In this document: in pieces, positions 53,299 to 61,996 of the stretch
Numbering within the stretch: the stretch's first letter is position 1
Layout of the letters: each line of letters begins with the position of its first letter
NCBI GenBank assembly: GCA_042570925.1
Contig: JBHPFX010000004.1
Location: forward strand, 9,291-73,290
Direction of reading: 5' to 3'
DNA: 64,000 nt
Source of the DNA: Patescibacteria group bacterium
Lineage (GTDB): Bacteria > Patescibacteriota > Patescibacteriia > UBA10025
The notes under the pieces: generated by a model
Told to the model about the DNA's origin: nothing
Seen by the model: only the letters and a program-made list of their open reading frames with translations
Database searches by the model: none
Translations under genes and position numbers: made by a program

Positions 53299-54151
53299 GT
53301 TCCGAAATAATTTTACCTTTAAGCGTCCGGAGCTTACTTAAGTCATGCAATGCCTTTTTTACTTCTCCCCCTTTTGGAGGTTTTCCGTGCCAGTTATAAT
53401 CGTATTCCATAAAACCTACTCCCTTACCGGGAATTGTGTGACACATTATTATCACTGGTTTTTCCCAAATCGCTTTTGCCGTATTGCAGGCATCAATGAT
53501 TTGCTGAATGTTATGTCCGTCTACCTCCAGTACATGCCAATTAAATGCTTCGTATTTTTCTCGTAATGGTTCAAGCGGCATCACTTCTTCAACAGGTCCA
53601 TCTATTTGAATGTTATTTCTGTCTAATAAGACCGTAAGATTTGCTAGCTTATTTTTACCAGCGAACATCAATGCCTCCCATACCTGCCCTTCCTGCTGTT
53701 CTCCATCACTCATGACGCAGTACACTTCATATTTTTTCTTATCAAGCTTTGCGGCAAGTGCCATGCCAATCGCCTGTGAAACGCCATGTCCGAGCGGACC
53801 ACTTGAATTCTCAATACCTGGAAGATCTTCATTATGAGGATGCCCCTGCAGGCGAGTATTAAGTTTGCGAAGGGTCTTAAGCTCCTTTAATGGAAAAAAT
53901 CCAGCGTGCGCAAGTGTGGCATAAAGCACCGGAGCAATATGACCCGCAGAAAGCACTAATCGATCCCTATCGATCCATTGAGGTCGCTTGGCGTTATATT
54001 TCATCACAGCAAAATAGAGTGCCGTAAAAACATCTGCCATGTCGAGTGGCCCTGCAGAATGACCGGAACCAGCAGATACGAGCATCTTAATGATGTCCTT
54101 CCTGATATGATTAGCGATGTTTTTCAGATCAGGAATTGAATACTCTTTCAT
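53291..54151 (-). CDS. transketolase, N-terminal (TPP-binding) subunit
   Basis: SGHSAGPLDMADV...GHPH...GPLGHG...MSDGEQQEGQVWEA. Confidence 0.9.
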   Translation of the reverse strand: MKEYSIPDLKNIANHIRKDIIKMLVSAGSGHSAGPLDMADVFTALYFAVMKYNAKRPQWIDRDRLVLSAGHIAPVLYATLAHAGFFPLKELKTLRKLNTRLQGHPHNEDLPGIENSSGPLGHGVSQAIGMALAAKLDKKKYEVYCVMSDGEQQEGQVWEALMFAGKNKLANLTVLLDRNNIQIDGPVEEVMPLEPLREKYEAFNWHVLEVDGHNIQQIIDACNTAKAIWEKPVIIMCHTIPGKGVGFMEYDYNWHGKPPKGGEVKKALHDLSKLRTLKGKIISEHE

Positions 54152-54163
54152 ATAGACAGTATA

Positions 54164-54802
54164 TCACAGCCCTACACTCTTTCGTATCTCCTCAAGGGCA
54201 ATAATAGGATCTGGAGATGAGTAAAGAAACGAATTGACGGCAAACGCTGTTGCTCCTGCCCCTCTGGCAAGTGTCGCAGTTTTAGGATTAATGCCGCCAT
54301 CAACTTCTATTGGTATAAATGGGGCTGCTGATCGAATTTCTGCTATCCGGGGAAGAACCGAATCATGAAATTTCTGACCGCTAAATCCTGCTTTAACCGA
54401 TAAGAAAAGAATCCGATCAATAATGGTCAGATACGGTGTTACTTTTTGGATAGGGGTTTCCAGATTTACTCCGATACCCACTTTTATTCCAAGTTTCTTT
54501 ACTGATTCAATATGCTCTTTAATATTACCTGCAGACTCAATATGAATAATGATCCGCTTTGCGCCTCGCTGATACCAATCCTGAATAAACATAGCAGGAT
54601 CCTGCACCATCAGCTGCGCTTCAATCGAGAAGTCTTCAATTCTCTTCGGGAATTCACTTGCTGAAAGTGTGACATTTTTTGCAAACTTTCCATCAATCAC
54701 ATCTACCTGAATCCATTCTGTTTTCCCCTTGAGGAGCGTCAAACGACTCAAAGCTTCATCCTCTGAGTTTGTGAGTATGGTAGGAAGAATCTCAATCTTC
54801 AT
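54164..54802 (-). CDS. rpe: ribulose-phosphate 3-epimerase
   Basis: ILPTIL...IQVDVIDGKF...HIE...VDGGIN motifs. Confidence 0.88.
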   Translation of the reverse strand: MKIEILPTILTNSEDEALSRLTLLKGKTEWIQVDVIDGKFAKNVTLSASEFPKRIEDFSIEAQLMVQDPAMFIQDWYQRGAKRIIIHIESAGNIKEHIESVKKLGIKVGIGVNLETPIQKVTPYLTIIDRILFLSVKAGFSGQKFHDSVLPRIAEIRSAAPFIPIEVDGGINPKTATLARGAGATAFAVNSFLYSSPDPIIALEEIRKSVGL

Positions 54803-55251
54803 CTTCCAAGTTTTGTTAACTTTCTTTTTCTACGGTGATATCGCTTCGCACTCGAGAATGACGTTGTCAACCAGCGCTGAGTAATCTTAACTGCTTCGTT
54901 TTTGGTTAAAAAATCATTTGGGAGACACAGAATATTTGTGTCGTCTTCCCGGCGACTACTTGTGGCTACTTTCTGATTCCACACGGTAGCAGCTCGTACA
55001 CGAACAAATTTGTTAGCTGCAATATCCATTCCGATACCAGTACCACATATAAGTATTCCTTTGCCATTCCCATTCGATACTGGCCCAGCCACTTTTTTTG
55101 CAATATCCGGGTAATCTACCATCTTTGACGAGTTGGTTCCCACATCTGTAATATCATAACCTCTTTCATGAAAAAATCGAATAAGATGGCATTTCATATT
55201 TACGCCTCGATGATCTGCACCAATGTATAATTTTTTCAGAGAAGGAGTCAT
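54799..55251 (-). CDS. rpiB: ribose-5-phosphate isomerase B
   Basis: Start trimmed to MTPSLKKLYIGADHRG. ILICGTGIGMDIAANK motif. Confidence 0.9.
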   Translation of the reverse strand: MTPSLKKLYIGADHRGVNMKCHLIRFFHERGYDITDVGTNSSKMVDYPDIAKKVAGPVSNGNGKGILICGTGIGMDIAANKFVRVRAATVWNQKVATSSRREDDTNILCLPNDFLTKNEAVKITQRWLTTSFSSAKRYHRRKRKLTKLGR

Positions 55252-55268
55252 TAAATTAATAAAATTAA

Positions 55269-55646
55269 CTACGCAGTAAATTGTGCAATATTCATTCCTA
55301 AAGCTCTTATACTGCATTCCTGATGAACAACAACATCTCGTTCTTCAAGATATCCAACAAGTGCCTCATTCCCAGCACCCGGATTAATGTAAACCTCTTT
55401 CACGCCTTTTTCAATTATCTCTGGCGCAATAGTGAGCCCAATCTCAGGTTTTACATACATGCTTACAATATCGATTTTCTCCGGAATATCACTAATTTTC
55501 GGATACACCTTAAGACCTTCTATGGTATTTTCATGTGGATTTACCGGATACACTTCATATCCCGCAAGACGAAAAGCGCGCGCCGCCTTATTACCGAACT
55601 TTTCTCGGTTCGCTGATGCGCCGATAATTGCTACGTTTTTTTTCAT
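55269..55646 (-). CDS. CoA-binding domain protein
   Basis: NVAIIGASANREKFGNKAARAF...YPVNP is typical of CoA_binding_2 proteins. Confidence 0.85.
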   Translation of the reverse strand: MKKNVAIIGASANREKFGNKAARAFRLAGYEVYPVNPHENTIEGLKVYPKISDIPEKIDIVSMYVKPEIGLTIAPEIIEKGVKEVYINPGAGNEALVGYLEERDVVVHQECSIRALGMNIAQFTA

Positions 55647-55656
55647 ATGTATTATA

Positions 55657-55905
55657 TTACTCGTTTGAAAGCTCGTTCTCTATTGCTCCTCTATTAAAAC
55701 CGATAAAAACCTTATCTCCTATTGTTACCACCGGTACGCCCGGTTGCCCCGATTTTTTAATCATTTCTTCGCGTGCTTGCGGATTATCAGTGATATCAAT
55801 TGTAGTATAGCGTATTTTCTGATCATCGAAAAATGCCTGAGCCGATTTACAAAAAGCACACTCAGACATCATATATAACATAATTAAAGGATGAGAACCC
55901 TGCAT
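55657..55905 (-). CDS. glutaredoxin-like protein
   Basis: 82 aa, CAFC redox motif, GVPVVTIGDKVFIGF. Confidence 0.75.
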   Translation of the reverse strand: MQGSHPLIMLYMMSECAFCKSAQAFFDDQKIRYTTIDITDNPQAREEMIKKSGQPGVPVVTIGDKVFIGFNRGAIENELSNE

Positions 55906-55910
55906 AGTAC

Positions 55911-56594
55911 CTAGAGAACATCAGACATTTTATTCTTCTTAACTCGTATCGTTTTATCATTATCAATCTCTATAAATCCCTTAACCTTCAATTCGGTTAA
56001 TGCTTTTGTTATTGTCTCTCTCGTTGCCCCAATTAAATTTGCAAGTTCCTGATGAGTCAGACGATCAGGAATGATATACTCCTCCTGTGTCTCCTCCCCC
56101 ACCTTCTTAGCATGACGAATCAACTCATTGATCAAACGAACCTTAATATTATGGAGAGCGAGGTCCTTAATTTTACTTTCTGCATCATGAAGACGTTGTC
56201 CCATTTCCTGCAACAAACGCATTGCCGTCTCAGGCCACTTTCGGAGCATGAGGGTAAAATCATTCTTAGAGGTGACGCAGAGATAGCAGTCGGTACTTCC
56301 CTTTGCAAAATATGGCACCTGCCCACTAGCTGAAGGAGAAAAACTAATATCACCGAAAACATCTCCGGGTTTTAACACCTGTATTACAATCTTTTTTCCT
56401 TGAAGAAGCTGATATATTTCCACCTGTCCCTTTTTGAGTATATACACCTTCTCATTGGCTTCTTCAGGAGAAAAAATGAGTTCTCCCTTCTGGTATTCAT
56501 TATCTGCTGTGATTTTATGAAGCTCTTCAACAAAATCATCTGGCATATCTTCAAAGAGATTTATTTGCCGCAAGTACCAAACTTTTCTTTCCAT
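55911..56594 (-). CDS. Crp/Fnr family transcriptional regulator
   Basis: cNMP-binding beta-roll, then a C-terminal HTH LTHQELANLIGATRETITKALTELK. Confidence 0.88.
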   Translation of the reverse strand: MERKVWYLRQINLFEDMPDDFVEELHKITADNEYQKGELIFSPEEANEKVYILKKGQVEIYQLLQGKKIVIQVLKPGDVFGDISFSPSASGQVPYFAKGSTDCYLCVTSKNDFTLMLRKWPETAMRLLQEMGQRLHDAESKIKDLALHNIKVRLINELIRHAKKVGEETQEEYIIPDRLTHQELANLIGATRETITKALTELKVKGFIEIDNDKTIRVKKNKMSDVL

Positions 56595-56687
56595 ATGTGT
56601 AGTATATTAATGTTAAATCAGTATATACTGCACTGCATATATACTCCGTAATACAGTTTACGCCCGTCTGTGTATAGAATCAATACT

Positions 56688-58082
56688 CTATTTTTTTTGT
56701 CCAGCAAGCGGGATTAATACCGCAACCTGAGTACCGACATGTTCAATACTGTCTACATACATATTCCCCTTCATGAGTTGCACCAACTCCCTCGTAATCC
56801 ACAAACCCAGACCAGTACCAACAATAGATGCCGTCTCAGTATTTCTTATTCGATAAAATTTCTCAAATAAATGCTCTCGATCTTTTCCGGACATTCCCAT
56901 TCCTGTATCAATAGTCTTGATTTCAATCATTTTGTCTTTCACCTCTGCGGTAACCCTGATTGATCCTTTGGGCGTATATTTGATTGCATTTCCGACGAGA
57001 TTCATCATGATCTGTCGCAAACGGTCTGGATCGCACATCGCATTTGGAAGTTCTTGAGGTTCTTCAAATACGCATGTAAGTTCTTTTTCATCAGCCTTGG
57101 CCTTAAGGCTTTGTACAACCTCCCGAAGCGTTGTGCGCACATCATATGACACAGGCTGTACTTTAATTCTTCCTTGTTGTATTCGCGAAACGTTAAGAAG
57201 ATCCTCAACCAGCTCATTAAGCTGTTTCGTCGCCCCCTGCATTAATTGCAATTTATCCTTTATTTCTCCGGGAACTTCACCAAATTCGTTTTTTAATATC
57301 ATGGAAAGATATCCCTGAATACCTGTAATGGGAGTCCGTAGCTCGTGAGAAGCAACAGATATAAATTCATCTTTCATCTTATCAACTTCCTTTAGCTTTC
57401 GAAAAAGCATTGCATACTCAAATAATCGTGTGTTAGTTGCAAGCAAGAGAATAATAATAATAACAATAACCACCAATATGAGCACCGACTGATTCAGCGT
57501 CTGAGCAACACGCTCGTCAATAACTTGAGATGATATTTTCATCGAAACCAACGCAATTTTCTCTCCTTCTGAATTATATAGCGGGCTTGCCACTATCCAA
57601 TATCGATCATCTCCCCGATCAGGCTCTGTTCCTTCCAATGATGGTGAGACTCCATCTGACCGAGTGGTATATGATATACCTTCCTCGGTTTTCCACGCGA
57701 TAGTGTAATTAAGAAATGTTGATACTTTTCCTACCGCATTCGAATCAAGACTTGCAATTACCTGGTAATCTTCTTCGACAGGGATTAATACATCCAAACC
57801 ATAAATTGCTTCACTTAGTGATGCAATTTTTTGAATCCTCTCCTGTATCAATTCGGCGTCAAGTGTATCTTCATCAAATGACGCAACAAATACCTGCTCG
57901 GCAAGATGCGCCTCACGATTTATTTCTACATCAATAATTTTTTGTGTGCTTTTAATGAAAAAGAAGGAATTCAATATTACTGCTGCAGGTATTAAAAAAA
58001 GCAACAAAGTCGCATACACGATTTGATAGTTTTTCTTTAGAAACAAAAGATTACTACGTGAAAAAAACTTCATATTCCTCAC
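56688..58082 (-). CDS. sensor histidine kinase
   Basis: Two TM flank a roughly 170-aa ectodomain. H-box SHELRTPITGI, N-box NLVGNAIKYTP, G-boxes DTGMGM and GTGLGLWI. Confidence 0.88.
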   Translation of the reverse strand: MRNMKFFSRSNLLFLKKNYQIVYATLLLFLIPAAVILNSFFFIKSTQKIIDVEINREAHLAEQVFVASFDEDTLDAELIQERIQKIASLSEAIYGLDVLIPVEEDYQVIASLDSNAVGKVSTFLNYTIAWKTEEGISYTTRSDGVSPSLEGTEPDRGDDRYWIVASPLYNSEGEKIALVSMKISSQVIDERVAQTLNQSVLILVVIVIIIILLLATNTRLFEYAMLFRKLKEVDKMKDEFISVASHELRTPITGIQGYLSMILKNEFGEVPGEIKDKLQLMQGATKQLNELVEDLLNVSRIQQGRIKVQPVSYDVRTTLREVVQSLKAKADEKELTCVFEEPQELPNAMCDPDRLRQIMMNLVGNAIKYTPKGSIRVTAEVKDKMIEIKTIDTGMGMSGKDREHLFEKFYRIRNTETASIVGTGLGLWITRELVQLMKGNMYVDSIEHVGTQVAVLIPLAGQKK

Positions 58083-58092
58083 ACAGCATTAC

Positions 58093-60288
58093 TCATTCTT
58101 CAACTTTATTTAGTTGCACGAGTCTAAAAAGTACGTAGATGAAGAATCCACCAAGAACTACAAGCATAGCAATAATGGCGTAATCTCGAACCGCTTGATC
58201 TGATCCGCTTCCAACATCCACATACCCCTGCATATACTCATCTTCACTAACCGCCCGCGCTTCACGTACAAAGAAGGAAAATGGTTGACTTTGTTGTATT
58301 ATCTTCCCCGTATCATTTGTCACTGTCGCGTATACTTCATGCTTACCATCTAACAAGTCTTTATCTAACGTATAAATAAAATTACCGTCAGCATCAGTCT
58401 GAGTGATTACTACTAATGGCTCGCTATAGATAAATAATGTTATATAACTATTTGGTGGTCCCTGCCCGGTAAATACGATCTTATTTCCCTCCTCTATAGT
58501 TTTAATGTTAAACACATTCACTAATTTTAGTGATTCTAGAGGTGCATTTGAGGTAAGTGGGTCATCATGAAATTTAGCAATTATTGACGCTAGCTTTTCC
58601 CGCTTTTCTACATTTTGAATACTTTCTAATTTTTTAACGATTTCAACATACGGATTAAAAATATTTGGATCAAATCCAAACTCTATTTCATCATCATCAC
58701 ATAATTTATCACCATCAGCATCATTACATTTTGGAGGATCAGTGTTTTCTTTTTTTTGCGATGTTTCGTTTTCAATTGAGATACGTACCTTACCACTTAC
58801 AAACTTTTCCCCATGTAATGCAGTAACCCGAGCAAACATATCATATTGACCAGTTTTTATATCTTGCGTGTCCCAATATCCTATCCACTTGTTACCATCT
58901 TTTTCTCCCGATACTGCATAAATATTTGTTCTTCCTCCGACATCATCATAAAGAAATTCTAGATCCTGCACCTCTTCACCCGTAACAGTTGCGGATAATT
59001 CCACTATACCTTTAAATAAACCTCCCTCTGGAATATTAAGCACAATTACAGGTGGAACGAAATCATCCGGTGGTGGAAGGACTTGAGAGCTTGCATTTTT
59101 TTCACTGGAATTTATAGTATTGGTATTTGCGATCGGTTCTTCTCCGTTAGTGTTTGTGTTGGTCGTGGTGTTGGTGTTTGTGTTGGTCGCGGTGTTCGCG
59201 ATCAGTTCTTCTCCATTAGTGTTGGTGTTGGTCGTGGTGCATGTTTGTGACGTTGGTGGCATTCCTTCAGCACTTGGACAGTCAGGATGAGTGCACTCTC
59301 TTGTTTGTACACCATCCATGCACTCGGACCAAATAGAGCAACTCCATAAAATTTCAATACAACTCAACAATGTATTCTCCTCGACACACGTTTGAGAAGT
59401 GTCGGGCTTGCTCGTGTCATCGCCACAATTGTTAGTATCATAACAATTTCTTGACTCCATTCCATTTATACAATTATCCGACCAGGATCCGCAGGTCCAG
59501 ATTGGAATACATTCTTCAATAGTAGAATTCTGCACATTAGCAAACGTTGTAAAGACATTGCTGATATATGTACCATTGAGCGTCGTTATATTCATCACGA
59601 CACTATAGTGACCATTATCCAATAACTCAGTATTCCACGGTGCGCTCCATTCGTATAATCTGGGTCCAGCTTCTATTTTGGTCGCATCCAAAGTTATCAT
59701 CGGATCAGATGCAGTAATTCCAATTCCAAAAGTAACATTCTGTACCTCGCCTGGAAGTATACCAAGCAATTCTACTTCGCCCGAAACAATTCCATCAACT
59801 GATGGAATTTCTATCCGATAAATATTATTTAAAAAAATTGGACCGAATTCATTATTTGAGAATTCTAGTCCAACCCCTTCCGAATCAACAGCATTCACCA
59901 CTAACATATACGCGTCATTCTCATGATTCATGGAGTCGCATACTATATGATAAATATTGTCATGATCTTTATACTGATCAATGCAGTGCAAAGGAATCGG
60001 TCCATCTGAACCTAAGATTGAAAGATTTATCGAAGCATCTATGTCACTTGGAGTAATATTTATTATAAATTCATATTGACCTTCAATTACTGGTACTATG
60101 GCGCTACTTGTATCCGGCTCGAGTAAATATAGATTATACATTGAACCTGGACTACTAACTTCCGCTTGTGCGACCAGTGAAACACCTGAAACAAAAGAAG
60201 CCACCACATATACTACAACAGCGGCTCCAAGTAAAGGTATAAGAAGTTTGTTTACTAATACTCTTCCCTTTTTTGTTTTTTCCTCCAT
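58093..60288 (-). CDS. large cell-surface protein (N-terminal signal/anchor, Ig-like segments, two Cys-rich TSP1-like modules, T/N repeat, C-terminal TM)
   Basis: 731 aa. LLIPLLGAAVVVYVVASFVSGVSLVAQA. Modules CIPIWTCGSWSDNCINGMESRNC...TSQTC and CIEILWSCSIWSECMDGVQTREC...TSQTC. TNTNTNGEE(L/P)IANT repeated twice. C-terminal TM IIAMLVVLGGFFIYVLFRLV. Confidence 0.7.
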   Translation of the reverse strand: MEEKTKKGRVLVNKLLIPLLGAAVVVYVVASFVSGVSLVAQAEVSSPGSMYNLYLLEPDTSSAIVPVIEGQYEFIINITPSDIDASINLSILGSDGPIPLHCIDQYKDHDNIYHIVCDSMNHENDAYMLVVNAVDSEGVGLEFSNNEFGPIFLNNIYRIEIPSVDGIVSGEVELLGILPGEVQNVTFGIGITASDPMITLDATKIEAGPRLYEWSAPWNTELLDNGHYSVVMNITTLNGTYISNVFTTFANVQNSTIEECIPIWTCGSWSDNCINGMESRNCYDTNNCGDDTSKPDTSQTCVEENTLLSCIEILWSCSIWSECMDGVQTRECTHPDCPSAEGMPPTSQTCTTTNTNTNGEELIANTATNTNTNTTTNTNTNGEEPIANTNTINSSEKNASSQVLPPPDDFVPPVIVLNIPEGGLFKGIVELSATVTGEEVQDLEFLYDDVGGRTNIYAVSGEKDGNKWIGYWDTQDIKTGQYDMFARVTALHGEKFVSGKVRISIENETSQKKENTDPPKCNDADGDKLCDDDEIEFGFDPNIFNPYVEIVKKLESIQNVEKREKLASIIAKFHDDPLTSNAPLESLKLVNVFNIKTIEEGNKIVFTGQGPPNSYITLFIYSEPLVVITQTDADGNFIYTLDKDLLDGKHEVYATVTNDTGKIIQQSQPFSFFVREARAVSEDEYMQGYVDVGSGSDQAVRDYAIIAMLVVLGGFFIYVLFRLVQLNKVEE
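59129..59239. repeat. in-frame tandem duplication (42-nt cores, 69-nt period) in GT-rich DNA
   Basis: gcgatcRgttcttctccRttagtgttKgtgttggtcgtggtg at 59129-59170 and 59198-59239 (39/42 identical). Encodes the T/N-rich repeat of the surface protein. Confidence 0.85.
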
Positions 60289-60310
60289 ATGAAAAGGATT
60301 TTATGTCCTT

Positions 60311-60339
60311 ATGATACCATTATTTTATAAAATTGTCAA
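60311..60339 (-). promoter_or_regulatory. sigma70-like promoter (TTGACA-17-TATCAT) for the surface-protein operon
   Basis: Minus strand reads TTGACA (60339..60334), a 17-nt spacer, and TATCAT (60316..60311), about 23 nt upstream of ATG 60288. Confidence 0.5.
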
Positions 60340-60395
60340 TTAAACAATACGAAACACCCCGCCATCCTTCCAGAGAAGAACGGCGGGGAAATACA

Positions 60396-61130
60396 TCAGT
60401 TCGATTTAAGTTTGCGATACATTATGATCGCTTTGACAATCCGCTTGAGAAGATTGAAGATGGTCGGCAGACAGATTGCCACCAACGAACTCCAGTAGAA
60501 TACCGTTGCATCGGAATTCGGTATACATCCCATCAAAAGGCATACGAGTATAACCCCAACGTGGAATCCGCCACGAGTGAGAGGACGCTTCTCATCAAGT
60601 TTGTACCCGTTTTTCTCGATGCTTGCTCTCAGGTAACTCGATATGATATGAGCCCCAAGAGCCAGGATGAACCAATCGTTCAGACACATGAATAGATCGC
60701 AATTGACCGACTGCATGAATGTACCCGTGTATCGCATCAGTCCCCAAAAGAAGAAAAGATCTGCGAATCGATCGGTCAACCCATCTAAAACGTTCCCCAT
60801 CTCTTTAAGGTAAAACTTCCTTTCCCCCCTTCGTGCCTGTTCTCTCGCTAATTCACCATCGGTGACGTCACATAGGCCATTGAGTCCTATGTAGAGAATT
60901 GCAGTCCACCATTCGCCATGAAACAGCGCTCGTCCAGCCAACCCAGCGATAATGAGACTCGCTCCGGTGACCCAGTTAGCATCCACATGTAGCCATATGA
61001 GAATTGCTACGATAGGACGTACTAATTTCGCACCTTTAAGATGAAAATAGGTGGACTTCAGAGTAGTTGGGTTAATCCTATGCACGACATTACCTCCAGT
61101 AGATATTCCTTCCAAAATGTGAAAGATCAA
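60396..61130 (-). CDS. membrane protein with CDP-alcohol phosphatidyltransferase-like motif
   Basis: CDVTDGELAR-(15 aa)-GNVLDGLTDRFAD approximates DGxxAR...GxxxDxxxD but with a longer spacer. Several TM. Followed on its strand by hairpin ccccgcc/ggcgggg (60358-60389). Confidence 0.5.
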   Translation of the reverse strand: MIFHILEGISTGGNVVHRINPTTLKSTYFHLKGAKLVRPIVAILIWLHVDANWVTGASLIIAGLAGRALFHGEWWTAILYIGLNGLCDVTDGELAREQARRGERKFYLKEMGNVLDGLTDRFADLFFFWGLMRYTGTFMQSVNCDLFMCLNDWFILALGAHIISSYLRASIEKNGYKLDEKRPLTRGGFHVGVILVCLLMGCIPNSDATVFYWSSLVAICLPTIFNLLKRIVKAIIMYRKLKSN

Positions 61131-61261
61131 TGTTTTTCAGTCCCCACCTTACAATATGAACTAAATAAAAGCAATAGTATAAAACATGTTCTTGACAACT
61201 TGTAATCTCTCTCCTAAAGTAACTCAAATGATCGTTCATTCTAACCAAAGGCAGGTCCACA

Positions 61262-61918
61262 ATGGGAACAGTATTCACCGATCTCGAACATTTGCGGTGG
61301 TTCCTGAGGGGCCACCTTTTCAAAGCTCGTACCGACGACATTTTATCTCCAGCAGACATTCCTGATTTTCGTGATATGATGCTGGCAATTCTGGTGGAAG
61401 TAATTGACGGTCTCGTCAGTCTTGAAAAGCTTCTTACAGTACTTCCATCTGACATGCGGATAGGTCAATCCAAATGCACCCCTGATAATCTCATTCCGGT
61501 CATCAGAGCTCTCATGAGCGCAGGTGGAGCATTACCAGCATATCTCCGCTGGCAACTTGATCTCGGTCAAGATGACGGCGAAACTCACGCTGAGACTGGC
61601 TCCCAAAATGTCTGGGATGAAGTCCGAACATTAATTCCCGGAGACAAAGATGTTTTCTTCTCAGCACTTCAGAGATTTAAGCCCTCAACTGACATGAATT
61701 GGGGTACAGCAGTTCCGTCTTTCCAAAGCGCCTTCAGTTCACTCACGCGCTTCACTCACCCCATTGATCTTCTTGAGAAAGCACTTCCTCACTGGGATGG
61801 AAAAAGCGAGATAGCACAGAGCGACGTGCAGATAACCTCTGAAGGGCTCCCACCTCTCTTATCGAAATTCATCATTCCGGGATTAACCGAGCTGATTGCT
61901 CAGCTTCAATCGTCGTGA
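61262..61918 (+). CDS. hypothetical soluble protein
   Basis: 218 aa, helical-looking, no TM. Possible promoter TTGACA-17-TAAAGT at 61192-61220. Strong terminator downstream. No family recognised. Confidence 0.5.
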   Translation: MGTVFTDLEHLRWFLRGHLFKARTDDILSPADIPDFRDMMLAILVEVIDGLVSLEKLLTVLPSDMRIGQSKCTPDNLIPVIRALMSAGGALPAYLRWQLDLGQDDGETHAETGSQNVWDEVRTLIPGDKDVFFSALQRFKPSTDMNWGTAVPSFQSAFSSLTRFTHPIDLLEKALPHWDGKSEIAQSDVQITSEGLPPLLSKFIIPGLTELIAQLQSS

Positions 61919-61934
61919 CTACGAACAATCCTAA

Positions 61935-61974
61935 CAGCGTCTGCTTCCGAGCAGACGCTGGTTTCTTATTCTTT
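61935..61974 (+). terminator. intrinsic terminator
   Basis: Perfect 10-bp stem cagcgtctgc-ttccga-gcagacgctg followed by a U-rich tract. Confidence 0.75.
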
Positions 61975-61996
61975 AGCACTCCATCATTACATCAAG

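Noticed and set aside
56620-56645. Inverted repeat AGTATATA-N10-TATATACT upstream of the crp-like gene, considered as an autoregulatory operator
   Set aside because: The arms are pure AT-rich -10-like sequence (TATACT on both strands). They are explained as well by divergent promoter elements as by an operator, and there is no TGTGA/TCACA core.
60289-61975. Apparent G+C-rich islands at 11.1-12.2, 28.5-29.4, 43.8-44.4 and 60.3-62.0 kb, considered as horizontally acquired DNA
   Set aside because: Hand counts of single 60-nt lines gave 25-32 G+C in these regions. Core genes reach similar values: 28/60 at 52441 and 25/60 at 53701 in transketolase, and 26/60 at 37201 in def. Very AT-rich lines (13/60 at 6661) also occur in core genes. 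By eye I cannot separate these regions from normal heterogeneity, so a windowed GC and codon-usage calculation is needed.
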